DNA from: a virus
Taxonomy: Duplodnaviria > Caudoviricetes
Virus record (IMG/VR): IMGVR_UViG_3300029913_000001
Direction: 5' to 3' (one strand)
DNA: 64,000 nt
The translations under genes and the position numbers were made by a program. Positions 39,254-49,392 of the stretch are shown here, in pieces. Within the stretch, counting starts at the first letter, position 1. Every line of letters begins with the position of its first letter. The notes under the pieces were generated by a model, which worked only from the letters and a program-made list of their open reading frames with translations, was not told the DNA's origin and made no database searches.

Positions 39254-39609
39254 TGTCGAAGCACCATATCTTTATTAGTTTTAAAATCATGTTCGGCTAC
39301 ATGTAACACTTCAAATCCCATATCGTTAATTGCTCTATCCCGAGCTAATTCTCTAATAACACTTGTTTTTGCATCAGAATGCCAATAAGAATCATCATAT
39401 TCTATTTTTCTAGAAAAATATTGGTCATCATTATACGCCTTACTACAAGATATATTACAAAATCGTTTAATAATCCTACCTTCAATTTCTTTATTACAAT
39501 ATTCGCAATTCTTTTTATATTTTCTTTGTGAGTGTTCTTTCCCCAGGCTGTCTATACTCACTGATATCTGGTAAGTCTGTTCCGGCCCGCTTTGCAAATT
39601 CATATTCAT
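39229..39609 (-). mobile_element. short Vsr/DUF559-like endonuclease ORF between the TerL halves (possibly degenerate)
   Basis: GGAG RBS; CEYC..FCNISC Zn finger; IEYDDSYWHS..RD..GFEVLHV; stop overlaps IntC start. Confidence 0.7.
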
Positions 39610-39937
39610 AAAATACTCCTATAGGAATAATATATACTTCTTTCTTTTTATTCCTTATAGTTACATTTATGCTAGCCGTCAAACATTTGCCTGATTGCCG
39701 AGGAAGTAACGAAATCGACCACCTGTTATTGTGGTATACATCAATTAACTTGTCTTGATAAGAATATGGTTTATATTTAATTTTTCCTTTGCACTGAACA
39801 TAAAAATAATTAGACAAAAAATAATGTGGGCCCGTTACAGGATCTGCGCATTTTGCAAATTCTTGCAGTTGCTCGGGAGTATAAGACATTTTTTGATGAG
39901 GTTTTTTAATTACAGCGGATTCCAAATAACTACTCAT
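39515..39937 (-). CDS. terL: terminase large subunit N-part fused to short split-intein N-fragment (56 aa)
   Basis: PYSYQ, Walker A PRQSGK|CLTAS. Confidence 0.9.
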   Translation of the reverse strand: MSSYLESAVIKKPHQKMSYTPEQLQEFAKCADPVTGPHYFLSNYFYVQCKGKIKYKPYSYQDKLIDVYHNNRWSISLLPRQSGKCLTASINVTIRNKKKEVYIIPIGVFYEYEFAKRAGTDLPDISEYRQPGERTLTKKI

Positions 39938-41073
39938 TTTATACCTGCTATTACTTTAGCTTCTTCGCATGGATTATCTATATGGGCAATAATACTAGGG
40001 CTGGCCGTCACAGCAGCTATTTGTACTTCTTTCGACGGATGGTTAATATAACGAATTACGTCTGGATGGGTTTCTACTGCCATTAATTTTACCTTTTCCG
40101 AGGCTACACCTTGTTGAAGCAGTTGTAAAATAATTTCAGGCTGTCGGCTAACCGCGATTAACTGTAATTTTTCCGACGGGTTTTTAATCATCATAATTGT
40201 AAACGCATCGTATTTAATAGCGAATTCTTTTATTTCTTCTGAAGGATTTTCCATATATCTTAAAACATAGGGATTTAAACGCAGTGCAATAAATTTCATT
40301 TCATCTGTCGGATTATTATAAAATCTATATGCGGCCGGATATGTTTTAATTGCCAACTTTATCATTAAATCGGACGGATTTTTAACGTGCTCTATATAAT
40401 CTCCGTGAGTCGTTAATCGAGTTAATATAATCGCATCTACTGGCATTAACTTTTTAAATACTTCTAAAAATAGTGAACTATCGGCATATATCGCAATATA
40501 TGTTCCTCGAATATAAACCTCGTTGCCATTAAGAAGTGCGCGTTCTAGTTCAGAGCTATTTTTAAAATCATATGTTTCTACAAAGGCATAGGCATTAAGA
40601 GTTTGTAAATCGGTTGCAAATCTAGAATTCGAGTAATCATATAGACCTAAATCCGACGTAAGATCTTGCGCGATCGGAGTCCACGTATATTTAAACCCGT
40701 CTAATGGAAAGATTACATATTTACGTCCATAAGAGTTAGCTCTATCTTCTGCCGAGGTGACAAATAAACTATTTCCTCGTCGTGCCAAAAATCCCGCGGC
40801 TTTTAACTTTTTATCGAGGGCGTGATGTATTGCTGGGAAGGTATCTTTTGGCATTCTATCCATGCGTGGCTTGCCAATAAAAATTTCTTTATTAACATCA
40901 TCACGTAGACCTTGACCGCGATATAAAATTCGATGGGTGTCGTTATACATTGATAAAATAATTTTACATTTACGTTGAATAAACTCAGCGATTTCCGTGG
41001 CTCTATTTTTATCTACGTAGGTCGTTTGGCCAGATATTATTCGCCCGGGTTTAAAAATTTCATTAATTAGCAC
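39934..41073 (-). CDS. tagged ART-like protein with ~7 helical NPSE repeats
   Basis: MLINEI tag; YRG, NSLFVT, YG..YVIFP, EVYIRG; DUF4116-like repeats. Confidence 0.6.
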   Translation of the reverse strand: MLINEIFKPGRIISGQTTYVDKNRATEIAEFIQRKCKIILSMYNDTHRILYRGQGLRDDVNKEIFIGKPRMDRMPKDTFPAIHHALDKKLKAAGFLARRGNSLFVTSAEDRANSYGRKYVIFPLDGFKYTWTPIAQDLTSDLGLYDYSNSRFATDLQTLNAYAFVETYDFKNSSELERALLNGNEVYIRGTYIAIYADSSLFLEVFKKLMPVDAIILTRLTTHGDYIEHVKNPSDLMIKLAIKTYPAAYRFYNNPTDEMKFIALRLNPYVLRYMENPSEEIKEFAIKYDAFTIMMIKNPSEKLQLIAVSRQPEIILQLLQQGVASEKVKLMAVETHPDVIRYINHPSKEVQIAAVTASPSIIAHIDNPCEEAKVIAGIK

Positions 41074-42436
41074 GATACTTCACCCCGTTCGCTTGCGCTA
41101 TTTTAATTGCGGCAGCGCAAGCATGAGGAATATCATACACCACAAATGGAGCAGCAGTAACCGCGGCAATTTGAATTTCCTCTGAAGGATTTTGTATATA
41201 CATAATCGCACTTGGATTTTGAGTAACCGCGGCTAATTGAACTTCAGGTGACGCCTGGTTTTTAAAAAAACGTAAAACTAACCCCTCACGGGATACAGCC
41301 GCCATTTGCATTTCTTTTGTCGGAAATTTAATAAATTCAATAACATCGGGAGTACTTTTTATCGCTATTGATATAAGTTTGTCACTCACAGATACTTGCT
41401 GTAATAAATTACAGAGAACCCATGGATCTTTGGCATTTTGCAAAGCAATTTTTTTTAATTTTTCACTAGGATTTTTAATTGAATTTATTAAACGAGGCTC
41501 ATGAGATACCGCAATTTCTTTAACCTTTTCACTAGGATTTTTCAGATATCTGAATAACCATGCATTGTGTCTAGCTATAAAAAGTTGCATTTCTTCATCT
41601 TGATCCGTAACAAATTCAATTGCAGCAGGTTTATGTTTTAAGGCATATAGAATTAGTTTTCTAGAGGGATTTTTAACATATTTTAATGCTACTCCCGACG
41701 ACGCGCAGGCGGTCAAAATCATTTTTTCCGTTGGATTTATAATATATTTTAAAAAATTCCCAGTTGCACGTAATACGGAAAGTATAATTTTTTCAGCCGT
41801 GGCATCACCAAATAATTCATACATAATAATAGGAAAAGATAATTCGTCTGCCCGTATAGCGATATATGCTCCATGAATGCAAACTTCACTACTCGATCGC
41901 AAGGCATTGTATATACCTACATTATTTTTAAATTTATATTTGTCAACGAACTCTTTTGCCGTTAGATTATGTAAATCTTCCTGAAAAGAATTACTATCCT
42001 CATAGTAATTTGATAAAGAATACTCGGCTGTTAAATCATTGGCTGCCGGAGTCCACATATACGAAAACCCATCAATAGGAAAAATAACAAATCGATCTCC
42101 ATAATGTGCAATATCCATACCCGAAGCAGTTACAAAAATACTATTTTTTCGGAGAGCCGTAAATCCCATCTTAGATAGTTTATCATCAATTAATTTCTGA
42201 TTACGCCGGTCGGTATCTCTAGGGCGTCGATCGTTAAACGGTTTTCCTATAAAAATATTTGACCCATTTTCATAGGTACCTCGATAAAAAATTCGATTTG
42301 TTTTACGATAGTCCTCTAGAATTTTTTTGCACCTACGTTTAATAAACGCAATTGCATCATTAAGCTGCTCCGGAGTCAATAATAATTTACCTCCGGGCTT
42401 TATTTCTCCATACTTAATAATTTCATTTATGTGCAT
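41063..42436 (-). CDS. tagged ART-like protein with ~10 helical NPSE repeats
   Basis: MHINEI tag; YRG, NSIFVT, YG..FVIFP, EVCIHG. Confidence 0.6.
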   Translation of the reverse strand: MHINEIIKYGEIKPGGKLLLTPEQLNDAIAFIKRRCKKILEDYRKTNRIFYRGTYENGSNIFIGKPFNDRRPRDTDRRNQKLIDDKLSKMGFTALRKNSIFVTASGMDIAHYGDRFVIFPIDGFSYMWTPAANDLTAEYSLSNYYEDSNSFQEDLHNLTAKEFVDKYKFKNNVGIYNALRSSSEVCIHGAYIAIRADELSFPIIMYELFGDATAEKIILSVLRATGNFLKYIINPTEKMILTACASSGVALKYVKNPSRKLILYALKHKPAAIEFVTDQDEEMQLFIARHNAWLFRYLKNPSEKVKEIAVSHEPRLINSIKNPSEKLKKIALQNAKDPWVLCNLLQQVSVSDKLISIAIKSTPDVIEFIKFPTKEMQMAAVSREGLVLRFFKNQASPEVQLAAVTQNPSAIMYIQNPSEEIQIAAVTAAPFVVYDIPHACAAAIKIAQANGVKYRAN

Positions 42437-42524
42437 TATGAATTCTTCCCTGAGTTATAGTTATGATATTTTCCTGGTATTGCTATAGTTCCAATTAACT
42501 CTGTAAATTCTTCGCAATAATACA

Positions 42525-42902
42525 TTATTTTGGATGCGCACCAGAATTATGATTGTTAGGGGAGTGTTTATGAATTTCAGGAGTCTCTGCGCTATTTCTA
42601 TTTCCCAATTTTTTACCTGGATGCCCGCATAAGGCCGACGCTTTATCAATCATATCTTGTTCTTGTTGGGTATAAGCTGCACTAAAGGCTTGATCTTCAT
42701 ATGGACCATAAGGAGCAATTTTTGGCTCATCAGGATAACTTGCAGCCATTATCATAGATCTCATGTGAAAATATTGGTCCCCGTTTGGGTACCAAGTAGG
42801 ATTCGGTATCGCCGCCGATTGCTCAGGATGAATAGAACCGTGTGCTGTTTCGGCAAGCATCCCTAATCTTCTAGCACGTATTGGACTAATAGATCTTTCC
42901 AT
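42525..42902 (-). CDS. conserved head-module hypothetical protein
   Basis: TAATG-coupled. Confidence 0.7.
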   Translation of the reverse strand: MERSISPIRARRLGMLAETAHGSIHPEQSAAIPNPTWYPNGDQYFHMRSMIMAASYPDEPKIAPYGPYEDQAFSAAYTQQEQDMIDKASALCGHPGKKLGNRNSAETPEIHKHSPNNHNSGAHPK

Positions 42903-43189
42903 TATACATTACCAATTAGATTTTCTAATCCTCGAGTCGGAACTATTTCATAATTTTTATCTTTTAAAAATTGCTGAATAAGCTGGGTAAAATCATCTTC
43001 TTCATTAGCCTCTTCTAAATAGTCTGCTAACTGCCCAACAGGATCGTCGTCAGTAGCCGCAGGCTGGCTAAAATCAAATTGATGATCTTGCGCTGCAGGT
43101 TCAGTTGACGGCTCTACATCATTTTCGGCTTCCATTATTAGATCAGAATATGATCTAAGTAACTCAACACTATTTTTAACATTAGTCAT
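42902..43189 (-). CDS. acidic hypothetical protein
   Basis: GGAG RBS before MTNVKN. Confidence 0.7.
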   Translation of the reverse strand: MTNVKNSVELLRSYSDLIMEAENDVEPSTEPAAQDHQFDFSQPAATDDDPVGQLADYLEEANEEDDFTQLIQQFLKDKNYEIVPTRGLENLIGNV

Positions 43190-46097
43190 AATATTCATCT
43201 CCCCACTTACCGGTTCCCTCACCAAAACATTCTGAACATGTTAGCCCTGCAACTTTACCTGTTCCGCTGCATCTAGAGCAAGCATTAAATTTCTTTTTTG
43301 CTGGCACATCAAGTAAATCATCCAAATCCTCATGCGATAATTCTGTTGAATCTACCTCGGGAAATGTATCTAATGAATCCATTGGATTACCTTTTTGAAA
43401 GGTTAAAGTTTGTAATAATGCTGTCCTGCCGGTACCTTCTTTTGAAAAGCCAAACTCATCATTTATTGCCCAATCAAACTTGCCATCTTTTGATACCGTG
43501 ATAAAATCACCATCACCACGAGTAAAAACATGAGAAGAATGATTACCGGATTCTTCCTCTTCCGGACTATGCGTATATCCAAAATTAGCTAACTTACTTT
43601 CTAAATGTTTAAAATTTAATTGATTGGCCGTATATTTTGCATCATTTTCCGTTAATGATTCGCTAGGTACAGAATCAGCAAGTTTATTTTTAACTCGCTC
43701 TATTTCGGCTTTAATGGCATGCCTATTAGGAGCTTTTGCTGATACCGCCATATTATATCTTTTTTTCAATGCCGATAATTTTTCCCTAAGAGTTTGCTCT
43801 TCGTTTTCATTAATAACCGTTTCATTTACTCCTCGACGTTTTAATTCTTGTCGAATTGCTTTCTGCTGAAGTCCTGCAGGAGAATGCTTTGCAGTAGTAT
43901 CTGGGTTTGCTAGCATCTTCTTTAATTCTGGGATTGTCATTTTTCTAACTCTAGATATAACGGATTTTGGTGTTGCATCCAATTCAGGATCCCATCCAGC
44001 AAGACCACGTTTAATTTCCTTGCCCAAGCCCTCATCCAGAGTTTTAAATTTACCTGCTAAATTTTCAGCAATTGCATTAACCTTTGCGTTCTCATGCAAC
44101 GGTTTATCAATTTTATTAACCGCAACCTTCAATGGGTTATCACCAATACGATTTGGGAACATATCGTGCGACTGGCTCAATCCCTGAGTATCATCACACA
44201 CCGCCCTCCAATGAGCAATTTGCTCATTTGGTTCATTCGCCCATGCTTTCGGCGCACCATTAAGCCCGGTTGATTTTCTAGAGGGCGTTAATGATTCATC
44301 AACCTTTTTATCGTTTGCTGTCTTGCAATTATCACACATCATTTTACCATCCTTCATTCTCCATCGAGCGGTTTTTTTGCAATCTGCTGCGCTGCACCTA
44401 ACCCCGGGATGTTTAATTCTTTTTGGCTCCGCTGATTCATCAAGATAGGAATAAGAATCACCTTGATCAATTTTGCCACTTTTTAATTGAGCTCTAATTT
44501 GAGCTTCGGGAGTTTCCCCACCATGATTGTATTTAAACCCACAAGATCCGCATTTATAACTCCACTTTCCGGAAGCAATATAATCATCTTGGGATAATGG
44601 GTTACCGCAAAAATCACATTCGTGTCCCCGTGCATGAAATTCATTTAACTTCGATTCATTAAGATTTGGTACAACCTTAACATCCACAACTTCATTCTTT
44701 CCCTTAATAGCCGTGGCCTTAGTTACAGCAGATTCACGATCATCAAACTTAAACGCCTTCTCTTTTGAAGTAACCCATTTAGTAGGAGTTAAACTTAGAT
44801 AAGTTACAGGAGAAGTTTTAGTCTTACGAGCCTGAATTGAGTAACTCTTTGCTTCATCTAACGTATGTTTTTTATCATAACATTTACTACATAATCCATT
44901 ATATCTATCATTATGAATTACTTTGCCGCAATTTTGACAAACATCTTCGAAATCTTCATTGCTATCAAATTTTGATTCACTCATATTCATTTCAGTATCT
45001 GGTTCCATCAAAATTTCTTTTGGCTCTGCTTGAGAAATAGGAGCAGAAGAATTTAACCCAGATAATTCAATAATTCTAGCTAACTCTTCGGCTTTATCAT
45101 TATCGGCTGTTATGGTAATAGACTTTCTACTGGTCTTGCTATCATAACTTGTGGTAATATTAACGCTAGATTCTTCCGGTTCACAATATTGGCATTCATC
45201 TAGAGGATCTCGATCACCATATATATCATGATAGCAGACATCACAAAGTAATCCTTCGTCACATTCATGATTAGCTACTCGTTTGAAACAACCCTCGCAA
45301 TAATCATCCGCACCTTCTTCAAATTCGTCGTCTTCCCGATAGGCTTCTTTAATCTTTTTCATTTTTTTATCTGTAATATATCCTTGCCCATTACATTCTG
45401 GACAATTCATTTCACCGGTTCCCTTGCATTCTGAACACTTATCGTTTCCGGCATGGCCATTACATACCTGGCAAGGAATTACACCATCAGCCGTACAATT
45501 ATTGCAAACGGATTCGGTTACTTTTTTCTTTCGAGAAATACTTTCTGATACAAAGGGCTTAAGAGCTGAATTACAATTACGACACTCAGTTTTACTCGAG
45601 TCGAATACTTCACCACAATTAGGACAATATTGCGCTTCGTCGTTTGACTCAGGCATACGAGCGGCATTTTCATCATCCTGCTGTGCTGCCCGGGTGTCAA
45701 TATCCTCCTCTGATTCGTAATTGTCATTAAATGTAACTTCGTCTTCAAAATCATAAGAATTATCTGCGGCCATCGGCTGAGCAGCTTCGACTTCGTCATC
45801 GCTAAGATAAGTTCGAAGTAATTCCTCCCTGGTAGAATGCGTCAGATTTCTCCAGGAATCGCCATATTCATCATATAAACGATCACTTACCGCCTCCCTC
45901 GCACCTTCTCCATCAATTCCACGAACCGACATTAAATCGGGAGCAATTCCAGACCATACATCAAAAATACGATCACCCCAATTAGATGGGGTAAAATTTC
46001 CGGCTTCCTTAACTACAGAAGTGGGCGGCGTTGCACTCATAGTATTTGACTGTAATGAATTAAAAGTAGCTAATATACGACTGAAGTCGAAATTCAT
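43182..46097 (-). CDS. 971-aa modular head-associated protein with ~8 Cys4 zinc-ribbon modules
   Basis: multiple CxxC pairs incl. DnaJ-type CxxCxGxG; many [VILM]xE[SAN] sites. Confidence 0.75.
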   Translation of the reverse strand: MNFDFSRILATFNSLQSNTMSATPPTSVVKEAGNFTPSNWGDRIFDVWSGIAPDLMSVRGIDGEGAREAVSDRLYDEYGDSWRNLTHSTREELLRTYLSDDEVEAAQPMAADNSYDFEDEVTFNDNYESEEDIDTRAAQQDDENAARMPESNDEAQYCPNCGEVFDSSKTECRNCNSALKPFVSESISRKKKVTESVCNNCTADGVIPCQVCNGHAGNDKCSECKGTGEMNCPECNGQGYITDKKMKKIKEAYREDDEFEEGADDYCEGCFKRVANHECDEGLLCDVCYHDIYGDRDPLDECQYCEPEESSVNITTSYDSKTSRKSITITADNDKAEELARIIELSGLNSSAPISQAEPKEILMEPDTEMNMSESKFDSNEDFEDVCQNCGKVIHNDRYNGLCSKCYDKKHTLDEAKSYSIQARKTKTSPVTYLSLTPTKWVTSKEKAFKFDDRESAVTKATAIKGKNEVVDVKVVPNLNESKLNEFHARGHECDFCGNPLSQDDYIASGKWSYKCGSCGFKYNHGGETPEAQIRAQLKSGKIDQGDSYSYLDESAEPKRIKHPGVRCSAADCKKTARWRMKDGKMMCDNCKTANDKKVDESLTPSRKSTGLNGAPKAWANEPNEQIAHWRAVCDDTQGLSQSHDMFPNRIGDNPLKVAVNKIDKPLHENAKVNAIAENLAGKFKTLDEGLGKEIKRGLAGWDPELDATPKSVISRVRKMTIPELKKMLANPDTTAKHSPAGLQQKAIRQELKRRGVNETVINENEEQTLREKLSALKKRYNMAVSAKAPNRHAIKAEIERVKNKLADSVPSESLTENDAKYTANQLNFKHLESKLANFGYTHSPEEEESGNHSSHVFTRGDGDFITVSKDGKFDWAINDEFGFSKEGTGRTALLQTLTFQKGNPMDSLDTFPEVDSTELSHEDLDDLLDVPAKKKFNACSRCSGTGKVAGLTCSECFGEGTGKWGDEYYD

Positions 46098-46106
46098 GAT
46101 TACTCC

Positions 46107-46718
46107 CTATCGAGCAAAGCTCGTAACTTTAGGTAATTTATTTTTTGAGCTACCCATTGCAGATTTCTCACCTATCTTAAATTCAGGATCATTCAATGTC
46201 TTGCCTTTTTCTTTTCGTAATTCTTTTGGTATAATTTGATCTGTGCTTCCAGCGGCATTCTTAACCAATCTAGAATTATATTCGTCCCCGTAATTAGCAT
46301 CGGCAATTACTTTATTATCTTGTTTTGGATAATCTTGATCCAATAATGCCTTATCGCTCGTATTAGCGGCAATTTCGAAATCTTCTTTATCCACACTAGC
46401 TTCGTGGTCGGAAGTCACAACCGAAACTGTTTCTAATTCGAGGCCAATGTTAGCGATTGTATGCCGAATAAATTCTGCCGGAGCAGGATAAGCAACCGAA
46501 ACATTAAAAATATAAGTTTCCGGATTACTAATGCCTGGAAAATCTTTATCAACCCGCTTAATGGGTTGGCTACGAACGGCCGTAATATCAACTAATTCAT
46601 ACCTAGAAAGAGCCCGCTCGATTTTAGTTAATATATCGTCCGTTGGTTTAAACAAGAGCTTCACGGTATATTCGTAATTTCTAACACTTTCAAAAAGATA
46701 TTCGCTAAATTTTTTCAT
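46107..46718 (-). CDS. conserved head-associated protein with T4-CTS-like start
   Basis: MKKFSEYLFES. Confidence 0.75.
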   Translation of the reverse strand: MKKFSEYLFESVRNYEYTVKLLFKPTDDILTKIERALSRYELVDITAVRSQPIKRVDKDFPGISNPETYIFNVSVAYPAPAEFIRHTIANIGLELETVSVVTSDHEASVDKEDFEIAANTSDKALLDQDYPKQDNKVIADANYGDEYNSRLVKNAAGSTDQIIPKELRKEKGKTLNDPEFKIGEKSAMGSSKNKLPKVTSFAR

Positions 46719-46733
46719 TATAAACCTCTATAT

Positions 46734-47222
46734 CTATTTATCAGGTTCTATTGGTTTCTTCAACAATTGAGCCAACAACTCATTACGGGTGAACGTAGTA
46801 GAATTGCCGTCTATGGGCTCTTCTGCTGATTTTGTTTTCCCATCAGCAACTTGCTTCTTAATCTGAAGAGCAATCATATCCAATTTTTTCTTAATTTTAT
46901 TCGTACGAGCCGTAACGGCATGGCCTAACATATTTGCGGCAGCCCCCGCTATTTCTCCGGCAAATCGTTGTTCTATGTTCATCGAAAGATCCATTAAGTC
47001 TTTATGTGCTGTAATTGCATAATTAGCTAATTCATCAAGCTCTAAATCGGTCGCATCTAATCCACATACCTGAGGCAATGCAGCTTCAATTTTATCTAAT
47101 TCCTTATATCGATCTAATGTCGCTGGTTGAACAACTTCAATCGCCATTTCTTTTACGGTATCATCGGCTAAACTCATAGGAGCAAGATTGAATTCTTCTT
47201 CTAGATTTGTATTAATTTTCAT
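46734..47222 (-). CDS. possible terminase small subunit
   Basis: helical, C-terminal TRNELLAQL; position in packaging/neck module. Confidence 0.4.
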   Translation of the reverse strand: MKINTNLEEEFNLAPMSLADDTVKEMAIEVVQPATLDRYKELDKIEAALPQVCGLDATDLELDELANYAITAHKDLMDLSMNIEQRFAGEIAGAAANMLGHAVTARTNKIKKKLDMIALQIKKQVADGKTKSAEEPIDGNSTTFTRNELLAQLLKKPIEPDK

Positions 47223-48656
47223 TTAGATTATTAAACTCCAATTAGCGGCAGTATAAGGACCGTCAACCGCTTGAATCCATGTGTTTCCGTTCCATTGGTA
47301 CTGAACCCCATTACCGATATCCTCCACAAATTGAATATTACCAACATTATTATTTGCTGAAAATGTTGTTATCCATGCATTACTATTGCTATTATATGTG
47401 ATAATATCGTTAATGTTAGCTGATGCCGTACCTACATATAAGGGCCATTCTGATATCAGATCAATATCTGTTTCAGTTTCTAAATCTGAACCAGATTCTA
47501 TTATCAAATTAACATTTGCATAATTATCATATGGAAATTGACTTCCGATATTTCCCGTTAATAAATAACTCTGGCCAGATGTTGGAAACGGTAATCCAAA
47601 GCCAGGCGCGACTTCCATCGGATTTACAATGCCTGTTATCGGTGGGATTGTATTAATGGGTAAAGAAGTTTCATCAATATTATATAACATATTAGTTGAA
47701 TCCGAAGGATCAATAGTAATAGTTCCGATAACTTCATTTGCATTATCAGCATAACTAAGAGATATCTGTGAAACTCCTGGTCGTAAATTTCCATAACTAG
47801 ATAAAATAGCGCCCCAATCTTGAGGTTGACCATATACGCCCACAATATTAGGCGACGTTAATCCTTGTTTCAGTATTTTAATTATACCATTTTGCACAAA
47901 AATTCCATAGTTATTAAATGTTACTACTGATCGCGTGCCGAACATTAAATCATTGCAATCTGATAATTCAATAATATCTGTTATTACTTTAAAAATAACA
48001 TTCATCTTACTAACACTAGCTGATAATGTCATCCAAATTGGAGATTCAAACTGTAGCGTCGTTATGTCATAGGTAGTATCGGTTCCTTGACCAACCGGTA
48101 TTGTTCTACTAGACCAGATAGTATCTGTTAATTCAAGATAACTTAAACTGTCCCATGCCAAAAAATTATCGCTTTTCTGAATTTCCATCGCAGGATTAAA
48201 CAGCGGCAAAATTTGTTCAAGAATTTGCATTTTTTGCTGCGTGTTACTAGTGACAATATCTAACCGCATTTCCATTTTATATGGCGCGGGCATAGGTCGT
48301 TTAATAGTATATGCATTTCCTTGTAGAGGTAAAAACGTATTTGATATAGGATCATACTGCCGCGTTCTTAAATTTTTTGAATCAACATACGTTGGATCCT
48401 GCGATCTACTTCTATCATATTTTAAATTATTAATATAGATGCTCATCATCGGAATAGTCGGCATCATATTTTCTGAGTTTAGTCGTTGAATTGTAGCAGC
48501 TTGCATTGACCCGTCACCCCAAATAATAGGTACGGTCATATACAATTGATTTCCCGATGCATCGACATTATATTGAACTTGCAATCCCGAGAAAACTCGA
48601 ATCACCTGCAATATCCAATTTCTTAACTGCGCCGAATAATGAAAATTCTCTGGCAT
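47223..48656 (-). CDS. 15: tail terminator/sheath stabilizer (T4 gp15-like) with C-terminal extension
   Basis: FHY..QLR..I..F, VPIIWGD, P.PY, QILEQILPLFNP. Confidence 0.8.
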   Translation of the reverse strand: MPENFHYSAQLRNWILQVIRVFSGLQVQYNVDASGNQLYMTVPIIWGDGSMQAATIQRLNSENMMPTIPMMSIYINNLKYDRSRSQDPTYVDSKNLRTRQYDPISNTFLPLQGNAYTIKRPMPAPYKMEMRLDIVTSNTQQKMQILEQILPLFNPAMEIQKSDNFLAWDSLSYLELTDTIWSSRTIPVGQGTDTTYDITTLQFESPIWMTLSASVSKMNVIFKVITDIIELSDCNDLMFGTRSVVTFNNYGIFVQNGIIKILKQGLTSPNIVGVYGQPQDWGAILSSYGNLRPGVSQISLSYADNANEVIGTITIDPSDSTNMLYNIDETSLPINTIPPITGIVNPMEVAPGFGLPFPTSGQSYLLTGNIGSQFPYDNYANVNLIIESGSDLETETDIDLISEWPLYVGTASANINDIITYNSNSNAWITTFSANNNVGNIQFVEDIGNGVQYQWNGNTWIQAVDGPYTAANWSLII

Positions 48657-49090
48657 TATTTTTTACCTGGATTCTTAAAGAGTTCTAATTCCGTTAAAAT
48701 TCGAAACGAGCATCCATTTTTAGCGGCATATGCTAATGCCGCATTCCATTTTGCATGATTCTTTAAAATCTGAGCCTGATTAATTTTGCTCTTTGTCTTT
48801 ACTTGCCCTGTTTGATTAGTAGGCTTAATTTCGATAATTTCAGCATGTTTAACACCGTCTGCGTCAAGATAGATAATGAAAAAATCAGGAAAGTATCGTT
48901 TATTTTTTCCTGTTAATGGGTCTCTATATCCGATAGCTATCGATTCGCTTGCCCACTGAAGGATACTCGGATGGTTATCGAGAAATAGCATAAACGTAGA
49001 CTCCCACGACGATCGGTATGTTGGAATTCGTTGGCCGATATATTTCTCTTTATTCTTTACCTGATATAAACCTTTTGCCCATTTTCCCAT
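48656..49090 (-). CDS. 4: head completion nuclease (T4 gp4-like, TnsA fold)
   Basis: KNKEKYIG, YRSSWE, WASE, YFPDF, IEIKP. Confidence 0.9.
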   Translation of the reverse strand: MGKWAKGLYQVKNKEKYIGQRIPTYRSSWESTFMLFLDNHPSILQWASESIAIGYRDPLTGKNKRYFPDFFIIYLDADGVKHAEIIEIKPTNQTGQVKTKSKINQAQILKNHAKWNAALAYAAKNGCSFRILTELELFKNPGKK

Positions 49091-49392
49091 TATGCTGCGA
49101 TCTCCCTTGCAATAAAAACAGGTGTTCCTTGATTTGATGCAACACCTATCAACGCATTCCGTGTTCTAACTGAATTTAATTGTGCAGCTAACATTATCGG
49201 GGAAATAGTTCCACTCTTAATTTGCTGAATTAGGGCCGCAGGAGTTATGCTCATGTTTTGGGCTATCAAAACATACATTTGAACTAATTCTGAGACTACC
49301 ACCGCATTCGAGCTCTGGCTTTCAGCATAGGCCTGAACATAGTCGAAGTTATTACGTTCAATATAGGAATTTTTTGTTTTAATAATAGCCAT
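49090..49392 (-). CDS. hypothetical structural protein
   Basis: TAATG-coupled. Confidence 0.7.
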   Translation of the reverse strand: MAIIKTKNSYIERNNFDYVQAYAESQSSNAVVVSELVQMYVLIAQNMSITPAALIQQIKSGTISPIMLAAQLNSVRTRNALIGVASNQGTPVFIAREIAA

